Below, piece by piece: positions 19,517 to 28,180 of a stretch of DNA of 30,828 nt. Source of the stretch: Candidatus Heimdallarchaeota archaeon (GTDB lineage Archaea; Asgardarchaeota; Heimdallarchaeia; Heimdallarchaeales; Heimdallarchaeaceae); assembly GCA_030668875.1 (NCBI GenBank), contig DAOVER010000033.1, positions 1-30,828 on the forward strand, in the 5' to 3' direction. Below the pieces are notes generated by a model that saw nothing but the letters and a program-made list of their open reading frames with translations, searched no databases and was not told the origin of the DNA. Numbering within the stretch: the stretch's first letter is position 1; each line of letters opens with the position of its first letter. Both the position numbers and the translations under genes were made by a program.

Positions 19517-19629
19517 AATTATGTTTATGCTTCGGTCTCAAAAAAAGGTTTTGCATCTAGGAAATCAATAACACTTTACTTTCTCTAAATTCAGCAATAT
19601 TTTTCAACAAAGACTTCTTTATATTATAT

Positions 19630-20961
19630 ATGGAATCAAAATCTATCATTACTGCAATATTTTGTGTTTTATTCATATCTTCCGCAATGTCATTCAATGG
19701 ATACTCCACTGAAGTGGTTGCTGAAGCTCAAAATCAAACCCCCCTGATTGAGTTAGAAGAACGCTATAACGCAACTTCCTCAGAGGAATTCTTTAATGAA
19801 ACCTCATTTCCACGTTATCATTTAGCTGCCCGACCCTTTGGAATGATACAATATCCAAACAAGGCCAATCCAAAAATTGCTCTCTTTGGAGAACAAATTA
19901 ATGTTATTGTAAACGCCTCAGCGGATGCAAATGGTTGGAACTTTACTTTAGTGAATGGTAGTACAGAAATTTCTTTGGATATAATAAATCTAGAATATGT
20001 CAATGAAACATGGCTATTCAAGACTTTACCCTCTAGTCAAATAGAGGGATTGTATGACCTTCAATTAAACTGCAGTATGGGTGATGATTATCAAACACAT
20101 TCTGTAAAACTTGTTGAAAGTAAGCAATATCCATTCAATTTTATTCATATATCTGATCTCCATTTCCCTGCACTATTAAGTGATACTAACACGACTGATA
20201 TCAATCTTGAAGAAATGGAAAAAGTAAGGAAATTGAATCCTGATTTTATTATATGTACCGGTGATTTAATTCAGGGTCCAACAACAGTTTTTGTAGATCC
20301 TGAAACTGGGAAACCTCTAAGATCTGAAATACAATTAAAACTCGGTTTATGGGCTCTTGACACACTTAATTCACCAGTTTATCTTATTCATGGAAATCAT
20401 GAATTTTCTCCATCTAACCTTGTTCCCGATAATTTAGTAGAAAACTGGTATAATTATCTTGGACCACTTAGGTATCAAAACTTCTCTTATCTAGATTGGA
20501 ATTTTGTTGGATTTGGTTCTTCCTTTGAGGGACTGAATTCAGTTGAATTACAGCAGTTAAGAGTTATTTTGAGTGAAAATAGTGGAACTGCAAATGTACT
20601 TTATTATCATTTCGACTTTAATAATAATGCTGGAGATCTTATCAAATCATTCCCAATAGAATTTGCAGCATTTGGACATATACATTCGTATGACTTTTCT
20701 AGGACAGGTTACACCGTCTATCACAGACAAGCCCCACTCTTTTACAGAAGTTTTTCTACAATGACTATTACTAACGCAACATGTATATCAGTACATTCAG
20801 AAGCCTCAAATGTAACGGTGCATTCAGAAACATATAATTTCGATTTAACTTATAGACCAGTTACAAATACAGACAAAACAGATGCATACACCTTCTTGAT
20901 TGTAGTCCCTACGTTGCTTATCATAGTTATAATAATAAGGAAAAAGAAGGTATTTTCCTAA
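19630..20961 (+). CDS. Membrane-anchored calcineurin-like metallophosphoesterase
   Basis: Signal peptide; HISDLH, TGDLI, HGNHE, FGHIH; C-terminal TM + RKKK. Confidence 0.85.
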   Translation: MESKSIITAIFCVLFISSAMSFNGYSTEVVAEAQNQTPLIELEERYNATSSEEFFNETSFPRYHLAARPFGMIQYPNKANPKIALFGEQINVIVNASADANGWNFTLVNGSTEISLDIINLEYVNETWLFKTLPSSQIEGLYDLQLNCSMGDDYQTHSVKLVESKQYPFNFIHISDLHFPALLSDTNTTDINLEEMEKVRKLNPDFIICTGDLIQGPTTVFVDPETGKPLRSEIQLKLGLWALDTLNSPVYLIHGNHEFSPSNLVPDNLVENWYNYLGPLRYQNFSYLDWNFVGFGSSFEGLNSVELQQLRVILSENSGTANVLYYHFDFNNNAGDLIKSFPIEFAAFGHIHSYDFSRTGYTVYHRQAPLFYRSFSTMTITNATCISVHSEASNVTVHSETYNFDLTYRPVTNTDKTDAYTFLIVVPTLLIIVIIIRKKKVFS

Positions 20962-21045
20962 GTTTTCCTATTCTTTTTTTTGTTTCTATTGGTCAAACTT
21001 ATATTGATATGCTCTATTTGTAGTTTGTTTGAATGAGGGTTCAAT

Positions 21046-22338
21046 ATGTTCGAAATAAGTAGATATGAAACATCAATGAAGAATGTGTTTTCAGAACAAA
21101 AGAAGTTTGAACTTCAACTCCTTGTTGAGAAAGAATTGGCATATGCAAATCATAAAACTGGTAAAATACCAGAAATCGCTTTTAAAGTAATCAAAGAGAA
21201 ATGTTCACCTAACACTGTAAAACTTGAAAGAGTTAAAGAAATAGAAAAAGAAATTCATCATGATTTAATGAGTGTAGTACTTGCAATATCAGAGCAATGT
21301 GGTGATGCAGGTGGATATGTTCATTTAGGTGCTACTTCGTATGATATTCAAGATACAGTCAGAGGTTTACAACTACTTGAAGCAAAGAAGTTGATTCTTG
21401 AATCAATTACAGAAACGATGAAAACTACAACTGAGTTGGCTTTGAAACACAAAGATTTAGCTTGTATAGGGCGAACACACGGTATTCATGCTGTTCCTAC
21501 TACTTACGGAATGAAATTTACAAACTTCTTAAACGAATTAAGCTTGGCAAAAAAAACATTGGAGAATGCTGATATAAGCTTTGGAAAGATGTCAGGAGCC
21601 GTTGGTACTTACGCTTCATTCCGAACTACGGAAATTGAAAGAATAGTTTTAGGACGATTGGGATTAAACCGTCTACCTATCACTACACAAGTTATTACTA
21701 GAGTTGTATACTCAAACTATATTTACGCACTAGGACTTATCGCGACCGTTCTAGACCATTTTGCCCGAGAAATTAGAAATTTACAAAGAACTGAAATTGA
21801 TGAGATTAGAGAATCTTTCATTAAAACTCAGGTGGGATCTTCAACAATGCCACAAAAGAGAAATCCTGAAAAAAGCGAAAGGATTTGTGGATTAGCACGC
21901 GTTATACGGGGTAATATTCAAACAGGACTTGATAATATTTGTTTAGAGCATGAAAGAGATCTAACTAACTCTAGTTCAGAAAGAGTTATTTTGGCAGAAA
22001 CATCCATCTTAACTCACTATATTCTTCTTCAAATGAATAGTGTTCTGAAGTCTTTACATCTAAATTCAGATAAAATAAAGGCAAATCTCTATCTCCGTAA
22101 AGGAGCTCAATGTGCAGAGAACCTAATGATAGAATTAGCTAGTAAATTAGGAAGACAACAAGCTCATCAACTGTTGAAACAACTATCAAATGAAGAGGAC
22201 TTTGTTGAAGCTGTAAAAAATAATGCAGTTATAATGGAATTTTTCAGAGAAGAAGAAATAGATAGAATTCTTGATCCAATAAATTATGTTGGTTTATCTT
22301 CTCAGATCATTGAAGAGGCTCTTGAAAGATTGAAATAA
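21046..22338 (+). CDS. purB: Adenylosuccinate lyase
   Basis: HHDLMS, HLGATSYD, GRTHGIHAVPTT, GSSTMPQKRNP, LEHERDL. Confidence 0.95.
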   Translation: MFEISRYETSMKNVFSEQKKFELQLLVEKELAYANHKTGKIPEIAFKVIKEKCSPNTVKLERVKEIEKEIHHDLMSVVLAISEQCGDAGGYVHLGATSYDIQDTVRGLQLLEAKKLILESITETMKTTTELALKHKDLACIGRTHGIHAVPTTYGMKFTNFLNELSLAKKTLENADISFGKMSGAVGTYASFRTTEIERIVLGRLGLNRLPITTQVITRVVYSNYIYALGLIATVLDHFAREIRNLQRTEIDEIRESFIKTQVGSSTMPQKRNPEKSERICGLARVIRGNIQTGLDNICLEHERDLTNSSSERVILAETSILTHYILLQMNSVLKSLHLNSDKIKANLYLRKGAQCAENLMIELASKLGRQQAHQLLKQLSNEEDFVEAVKNNAVIMEFFREEEIDRILDPINYVGLSSQIIEEALERLK

Positions 22339-22347
22339 ACAAATATT

Positions 22348-24879
22348 TTATTTTGAAGATTCTTCTTTCAGAATACTTTCCAAAAGGATTTTTTCTGTTT
22401 TTAGTAGTTTTTCAATTAACATTGCTCTTGTGGAATCTTCTAAGAATTCTAGAAATGCTTCTTCTTTAGAGGTATATTTTTTAGTTATTCCAAGTATCTC
22501 TTTTAATCTTAAATCCTCTTGATTTTCCCATAATCCAATGTTGTATTGTAGTATCAGAAGGTTACTTCCAAATTTTTCAATACCGGTACTTGCATAGTAT
22601 TCAGAAGCTTGCACCAATATCTCATTATAACTTTTATCTCCATCTTCTATAACTCTCCACAATAATTCAACAAGGAAGCCTAAACCTTTCAAATAGAAAT
22701 AATTGAATTCTTGTGTTATGCTACTGATGAATCCAAAGTAGTTGTTTATTTCTTCAACAACAAAAGATTCTGTTATATTTTCAGCGTTTAGCTTGACTAT
22801 CACAAAAATCAAATTGAACAATATGCTTATGGTCATTAGTTGATCGTTTTGAAAAGTTTTCTTTAATACTTCCATTAAGTATGAGTATGCTTCGTTGAAT
22901 TGTTTCATCTGAATATACTTCAAAGCAGTGAGGAACTTTTCTGTTAATTCAGCTTCATCCTTATCTTCAAATTGCTCTTTAATCTGTTTGAGTGTCTCTT
23001 CAAATAATTCAAAGTCACCACTATAAATATAGAGTAAGCTTTTCTCAACAAGAACCTCATTGAGAACTTTTTTAATATTTTGTTCAATTAAGAAGCTTTC
23101 AGCAACTTTGTATGATTCCAAAGCTTCTGCGAATTTTTCTTCAAATAAGTAAATCCTAGCTTTATTTAAGTTGATGATTACTTTTTCGATAAGGTTCTCA
23201 GTCTCTCCTATCATCCCTTCAACTTTTTTATATCTGCTGATGCTCTCTCGGAAGTCTCCTTTAATTGCTAGAATGTCTGCAACTTTTCTTAAACATCTGA
23301 CCCTTCTATTTCTATCAAATATATCAGAATAATGACTGTAAGCGGATCGGAGCTTAACAAGAGCCTCATCAAATCTACCTTCTTCTAAATCAAAAGAGGA
23401 TTGTAGTTCTTTAATTTCTGCAATTTTCAAACTTTCTGATATTTTGAGATAGAAATTCTTTGCATTTTCTAAATGTGTAGCAGCTTCATTAATATTACCC
23501 AATCGAGTACTTGCTTCTGCTATTAAGATGTCACAATTTGCATTGCTTTCCTCGTCACCAACTTCCAGATACAGAATTTGACAGGCTTTAAGAATGAAAA
23601 TTTGCTTCTTGATATCTTCATTTAAGCTTATAGCAATTTGAGCTCTTAATCTAAGAGCATCTGTTTTACCCTTTTGATACAGAATTTCTTCAGAAAGTGT
23701 TTCAATCTGGTTAACTCTTGTTATTGCACTTTGAATGTTTCCTTGTCGAAAGTCTCCAACAGCAATTTGTACTAATGCCTTAGCGAACTGTCTTTTATTA
23801 GCAATATTGACAATTTGATTGTAAGCTTTATCGTATAATTCTTGAGCTTTTTCTCTTTCGTTTATTGAAATATAATTATCAGCGGTTGCAATTAGAGAAA
23901 GAAAAGCTCTGTTATAATCTCGATATTGTTTTGCTAAAGAATAAGATTTATCAAAATTATTTCTAGCCATTTGGTGGTGACCTAATTTTGCTAAGATTCT
24001 ACCTTTAACAAAATAAGCTTTTCCAAGATAGTATTGTGACATACCCTGTAATCTATCAATAGTTTGTGAAGATAAGATATTCCCGGTTTTGAGTTCTCCT
24101 TTAAGATAATGAACATGGGTTAAACCTACTTCAGCTGCACTAGCAAGAGAAATATTAGAAAGATTATTTCCAAGTATTTTTGATCTTGAATAGATTTTTT
24201 CAGAGGAAATATAATCAGACGAATCTAACGTTTGTTCTCCAAGAGTAAGAAGGGCCAATAATTGCCAATACTGATCAGATACTGCTTCTCTTGAATCCAG
24301 AAAGTCTTCAATGCTCTTCAAACCTGAAATGTTGTTGGCAGATTGCAATTCAATAATCCCTTCAGTAAAATCTTTAATTTGATGAAGATGTTGAGGTAAG
24401 AGTCTAATATTCCTTTCAGTAAAAATCTCATTCAACCTATTTTTGTAAGATTCTAGGTTTTCTGTTTCTCCTATTAAATATTTGAGGTATACTATCCAAA
24501 AAATCGCTTCTATCAAAGGTAAGAAGTCAGTACTCTCATTTTCAATCACATCTTGTAAATTACTAAATGCTTGATCTATCTCACCGATTTCAAAAAGTGC
24601 AACGCTGCCCCATACCTTAGTACCAACTAAGGAATCAGTTATACACTTTATAGCCAGATCATATTGACCGACAATCACTCCAATCTTGCAAGCAAGATAT
24701 CTTAATTCCTCATCCCCCTCATAAACAGGGTCGTCAACTATGTGCCATAGTATCCTACCTAGTTGTACAGATGCTTCTGTGGTAAAAGTTCCTTGTAGAG
24801 TTTCGATGAAAAATTCAAGTATTTCTGGGCTGATTCTGTTTTGGTGAGCCAAGATTTCTGCAGGTAGCGTGTTTGGCAT
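22348..24879 (-). CDS. Large tetratricopeptide/alpha-solenoid repeat protein
   Basis: 843 aa, all-helical, with TPR-like units (GELKTGNIL, GRILAKLGHHQMARNNFDKS, GNINEAATHLENA, GRFDEALVKL, GDFRESISRY); no catalytic domain recognised. Confidence 0.75.
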   Translation of the reverse strand: MPNTLPAEILAHQNRISPEILEFFIETLQGTFTTEASVQLGRILWHIVDDPVYEGDEELRYLACKIGVIVGQYDLAIKCITDSLVGTKVWGSVALFEIGEIDQAFSNLQDVIENESTDFLPLIEAIFWIVYLKYLIGETENLESYKNRLNEIFTERNIRLLPQHLHQIKDFTEGIIELQSANNISGLKSIEDFLDSREAVSDQYWQLLALLTLGEQTLDSSDYISSEKIYSRSKILGNNLSNISLASAAEVGLTHVHYLKGELKTGNILSSQTIDRLQGMSQYYLGKAYFVKGRILAKLGHHQMARNNFDKSYSLAKQYRDYNRAFLSLIATADNYISINEREKAQELYDKAYNQIVNIANKRQFAKALVQIAVGDFRQGNIQSAITRVNQIETLSEEILYQKGKTDALRLRAQIAISLNEDIKKQIFILKACQILYLEVGDEESNANCDILIAEASTRLGNINEAATHLENAKNFYLKISESLKIAEIKELQSSFDLEEGRFDEALVKLRSAYSHYSDIFDRNRRVRCLRKVADILAIKGDFRESISRYKKVEGMIGETENLIEKVIINLNKARIYLFEEKFAEALESYKVAESFLIEQNIKKVLNEVLVEKSLLYIYSGDFELFEETLKQIKEQFEDKDEAELTEKFLTALKYIQMKQFNEAYSYLMEVLKKTFQNDQLMTISILFNLIFVIVKLNAENITESFVVEEINNYFGFISSITQEFNYFYLKGLGFLVELLWRVIEDGDKSYNEILVQASEYYASTGIEKFGSNLLILQYNIGLWENQEDLRLKEILGITKKYTSKEEAFLEFLEDSTRAMLIEKLLKTEKILLESILKEESSK

Positions 24880-24963
24880 TTACATTGTCCTCTGATGATA
24901 ACAATAAAAGTATCAATAATTGAATAAAAAAACTTTATGTAAGTCTTATTAGGTTTGCATCGA

Positions 24964-25194
24964 TTATAAGTTGACATTTAAAACTTCTTTGACACCGGGA
25001 ACACGTTCTTTTAGAACTTTTTCGACATAACCTGTAAGTGTTAGTTGACTATAGGGACAACCTCTACATGCACCTTGAAGTTCAACACGAACTGTACCTG
25101 TTTCCTCATCAACTTCTTTAAGCTCAATATCTCCACCATCTTGCTGGAGGGCCACTCGGATTTCGTTTAGAGTTGCTTGTACTTTATCTTTCAT
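24964..25194 (-). CDS. nifU: NifU/NfuA C-terminal-domain Fe-S carrier
   Basis: LQQDGGDIEL, VELQGACRGCP, VEKVLKERVPGV. Start likely ATG at 25194; the track starts at 25206. Confidence 0.92.
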   Translation of the reverse strand: MKDKVQATLNEIRVALQQDGGDIELKEVDEETGTVRVELQGACRGCPYSQLTLTGYVEKVLKERVPGVKEVLNVNL

Positions 25195-25278
25195 GATATC
25201 ACGCATCTATATTTGTTTGAGTATCTCATATAACATTTATAAAATGTGCTTTTTATACAAAGTTTTATTTTTCTCAAT

Positions 25279-25491
25279 TTATCTATTCGTTGACATTTCA
25301 ATCCTTCTAAAAGTTTCATTTACAAATGGAACCAAAGCTAGTATAATGTCTCGTTTAAAGACATCTTTTCTCATAATTCTATTATCAGTAAATATAGCTG
25401 TACTTCCACCCTTCTGCTTTATATTTTCCTCTCCAATTAGTTTATCCATTATTTACCCAAGCTCTCGTTCTGGATTGTTGATGAGAGTATC
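25279..25491 (-). pseudogene. yjjX: 3' half of interrupted inosine/xanthosine triphosphatase gene
   Basis: Manual translation DTLINNPERELG*IMDKLIGEENIKQKGGSTAIFTDNRIMRKDVFKRDIILALVPFVNETF matches the YjjX C-terminus (ELGxVMD...KxGxxGxxT...R...ALxPF); internal TAA at 25453-25455. Confidence 0.85.
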
Positions 25492-25640
25492 ATGATGGGT
25501 TATTGTCATGTTGTCATATTAAGACAACCATAGTTGAGCTAGTTTCTTAGAGATCATCATATACAACTATAATAGTTCTATACTCACTCTGAGTGGATAC
25601 ATCACGTATCCTCCTACCCCGTTCACATTGCGTTTAGGCA
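25472..25640 (-). ncRNA. Predicted TnpB omega-RNA (reRNA), copy 1; scaffold overlaps the tnpB 3' end and the guide comes from the yjjX flank
   Basis: Hairpins GGATAC-gtgat-GTATCC (25595-25611) and TATA-G-AACTA-tta-TAGTT-G-TATA (25560-25582). The 5' boundary is a guess. Confidence 0.7.
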
Positions 25641-26925
25641 AGGTTTTCGGATCGCTTTTAACTAATATATTGTATGCAGCATTAACATCAGCATTTATTA
25701 AGTAACCTTTAGAAGAACGGAACAGCCCTCGTTTGATTCTTTTCCCTTTGAACTTCTTTCGATGTTTGGGGAATTCGTTGTCTAGGAAACTGCTCTTGGA
25801 GGTGTATTGTTCAGGGATGGTTTCCACCTTTATTCCTCGCTCTGCTCCTTTATACTTCAAGATATTGATGATTCGCAGGAAAGGGATGGTGACAAACATC
25901 TGGGTGACTTTCTTCCAGAAATGTAATCCTTGTTTCCACAGAGGATTATAGCCTATAATTACTTCATGGAGATCGCGTTCGACCCACAAGTCAACCAAAT
26001 AACTAGTTAACTTATGAATTCCATCTTTCAGTTTCCTCCTCCACTTCTCCTTAAGCTTGTAGTAAGCTTGTCCATAAATCAATCTGTTCTTTCCTTTCAG
26101 CTGTTTCCTTTGCTGTTGACTATATTGTATCTGTAACTCTTTCTGTTTCTTCAAATAGTACTGCGTAATTGATTTAATACCTTTCCCTGCATCTTTGATA
26201 ACAATCGGTTGACCTCCGAGGTTATCTACAAAAGCTGCAAGATTATCCATCCCTAAATCGACTCCACCTTTCCTTATTCTCTTTTTACGGAGCTTTGGTA
26301 AACTTTTCCTATATACTATCTCTAGTGTATATCCTTGTCTGCGAGGAACGATCCTTACTTCTCTTAATTCAGTTTGGGAAGCCATTCTTGTTTTGTAACA
26401 GTATCCCACTTTCTTAGGTAAGATTAACCATCCGTTGACTATCTGTGCCTGTTGATTTGTGAAGATGGTTACTACTTCCCCATCTTTACGTTTATAGTTT
26501 GGTGGGTGGGGCATAGCGAAGAACAGCGAAGGATCCTTTTTCCACTCCTTTAGTGAGTTGAAATATCCCTTCCAATTTCTACCAAGGAGTTTGAGCGTGT
26601 GTTGTGACGTGTGGGCAGGAAGGGTGCGATAACACTCCTCGTGCTTAAGAAGCTTATCTAAATCATTATAGAACAGAAGCCTATTCTTATTCTTCAATGA
26701 ACCTTTTATCAGAAAATTTGCTCGATTGTAGAGATTTTTTACTTGATGACAAAGCTTGCTTAAGTTTGGATGATAGTCTACTTCTATACACTCCACACGC
26801 AGAACCTTAGTCATCGCTTCTTTCACTCTATTTTCTTATAAAAACCCCGGTAATATTCGTCTAAAAGTATCCATATAAACTGACTATTTGTATAACTTAA
26901 TATGACAAGGGGACAAAAATGTTTT
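25492..26925 (-). mobile_element. Non-autonomous tnpB-only insertion sequence (IS200/IS605 or IS607 superfamily; end geometry favours IS607-like), 1434 bp
   Basis: Removal restores in-frame yjjX (ATT TAT|GAT ACT CTC). The right-end motif GACAA-N3-GACAA-N5-CATCAT is shared with the second copy. Inverted end repeats include a perfect 13-mer (25511-25523 / 26896-26908). No tnpA inside. Confidence 0.88.
25567..26826 (-). CDS. tnpB: RNA-guided endonuclease TnpB with rearranged RuvC-II and no Zn finger
   Basis: LYNRAN, GVDLG (D190), VIIGYN (G292), IPEQYTSK (E339), INADVNAAYNI (D380). Start may be ATG at 26814. Confidence 0.95.
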   Translation of the reverse strand: MKEAMTKVLRVECIEVDYHPNLSKLCHQVKNLYNRANFLIKGSLKNKNRLLFYNDLDKLLKHEECYRTLPAHTSQHTLKLLGRNWKGYFNSLKEWKKDPSLFFAMPHPPNYKRKDGEVVTIFTNQQAQIVNGWLILPKKVGYCYKTRMASQTELREVRIVPRRQGYTLEIVYRKSLPKLRKKRIRKGGVDLGMDNLAAFVDNLGGQPIVIKDAGKGIKSITQYYLKKQKELQIQYSQQQRKQLKGKNRLIYGQAYYKLKEKWRRKLKDGIHKLTSYLVDLWVERDLHEVIIGYNPLWKQGLHFWKKVTQMFVTIPFLRIINILKYKGAERGIKVETIPEQYTSKSSFLDNEFPKHRKKFKGKRIKRGLFRSSKGYLINADVNAAYNILVKSDPKTLPKRNVNGVGGYVMYPLRVSIELL

Positions 26926-27270
26926 ATAAATAATTGATGGTGTGGCCATCCTACCTCCTCCTGTAATAGATTCCTCCCCTTTTTTATTGCTTACACCAAT
27001 GTACCATGTAAGAAAGGATCCATAAGCATCTCTGTTTAATCCTCCCTCAAGGCTCACATAATAATCTGCTTTTTCTAACCTTCTTGCAATTTTCAGTCTA
27101 CTTAATGCTGATTTTAGTGTTTCTTCTGATGTCATTGGTTGGCTTGTAACACCCTCATATAAACTCAAATCCAAAGTTTTGTACTCAATTTCTGTGAAAT
27201 AAGATGCAAAAGCTTCTTTAACAGCTTGAATTTTCACTGGATTTTTTGAACAAATTGTTATTTTTAGCAT
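26926..27270 (-). pseudogene. yjjX: 5' part (115 codons) of interrupted inosine/xanthosine triphosphatase gene
   Basis: SKNPVKIQAV, GVTSQPM, VSLEGG, GGGRM motifs. The last 13 aa of the track ORF (26884-26925) are IS read-through. Confidence 0.88.
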
Positions 27271-27340
27271 AATTATATATCTTCAAAAGATTATCTTTTT
27301 TAAGGATAACTTCTTTTCTATCTTAAGAAAGGTGAATTGT

Positions 27341-28168
27341 ATGGTAGAATGTCATTACTGTAGAAACCCCGTTCAGTCTCAATGGAATTTTTGTAGAAAA
27401 TGTGGTGCAAGATTGCTTCACAAAGAAGATCCAGAGGAATTTATTGTAAAGGATGAGGTTGTAGAAATAGCCACTGAAGACCCTGAATCGCCAACTGGAA
27501 TGATTTATGAGCCTTTAGAAGTTGAAGAAGTCAAAGTTGAAGAGGAAGACGAGAAGAAAGAATTAACAGATGACGAGCTAGTAGAACGTATTGCTGATGT
27601 CATTGTTAAAAGAGAAGATTATAATGCTCTTCTTAAAAAGAAAGTCGATTTAAATGATGAAATCAACAAACTACTTGATCGCGTTAAAAACAAACTCATT
27701 CCTAGAAATGAAGCCTTACCCAGAATAAAAGGATTGAAAGAAGAGGTTGAAAGTACTTCTGCTCTAGAAGATAATTTTGAGAACTTTTCAGCTATTTTAC
27801 CAATAGAAGAAATAATAGAAGACAGAAATAATGAAAAGAAGAAACTCAAAAAACTAAGTGGTCTTAAGGGAGATAAAGCAGTAAGTAGAGCAACGCTAGA
27901 GGAAATGGAAACTAAATTTAAGAAAAACATCAAAAATCTAGAACTTAAGCTTAATGTTGAATTAGCAAAGATGAGAAAGACCTTTGACGCTTTGGAGAAA
28001 AAAATGAAAACTTTGCAGAGGGATCTAGAAATTCTTTATGTCAACTCACAAACAGGTGAGATTTCGGAAAAAGAATACGAGAAAAATAAGCAAGAGAAGT
28101 CTGTAGAAATTGACAGAATGAAGAAAGTAAGTAAAACAGTTGCCAATATCCTTGCGGAAGCAAGATAA
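27341..28168 (+). CDS. Zinc-ribbon plus long coiled-coil protein (CdvA-like coiled-coil motif)
   Basis: CHYC...FCRKCG, acidic linker, heptad-rich helices ending LEILYVNSQTGEISEKEY. AGGTGA at 27330-27335 favours ATG 27341 over GTG 27332. The CdvA-like label is tentative. Confidence 0.7.
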   Translation: MVECHYCRNPVQSQWNFCRKCGARLLHKEDPEEFIVKDEVVEIATEDPESPTGMIYEPLEVEEVKVEEEDEKKELTDDELVERIADVIVKREDYNALLKKKVDLNDEINKLLDRVKNKLIPRNEALPRIKGLKEEVESTSALEDNFENFSAILPIEEIIEDRNNEKKKLKKLSGLKGDKAVSRATLEEMETKFKKNIKNLELKLNVELAKMRKTFDALEKKMKTLQRDLEILYVNSQTGEISEKEYEKNKQEKSVEIDRMKKVSKTVANILAEAR

Positions 28169-28180
28169 AAGGTGTTTATA

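Noticed and set aside
25193-25495. 100-aa plus-strand ORF
   Set aside because: Antisense to the yjjX 3' half, which has clear family similarity.
25567-26826. TnpB as nuclease-dead (TldR-like) because the RuvC-II Glu is missing, or as Cas12f
   Set aside because: A compensating Glu is present in both copies, the gene lies inside an intact IS, and there is no CRISPR array.
25487-26922. Alternative element boundaries using an AC dinucleotide (empty site YKTL)
   Set aside because: Also in frame, but copy 2 homology ends at CATCAT and the end motifs are symmetric only with the AT core. Disfavoured, not excluded.
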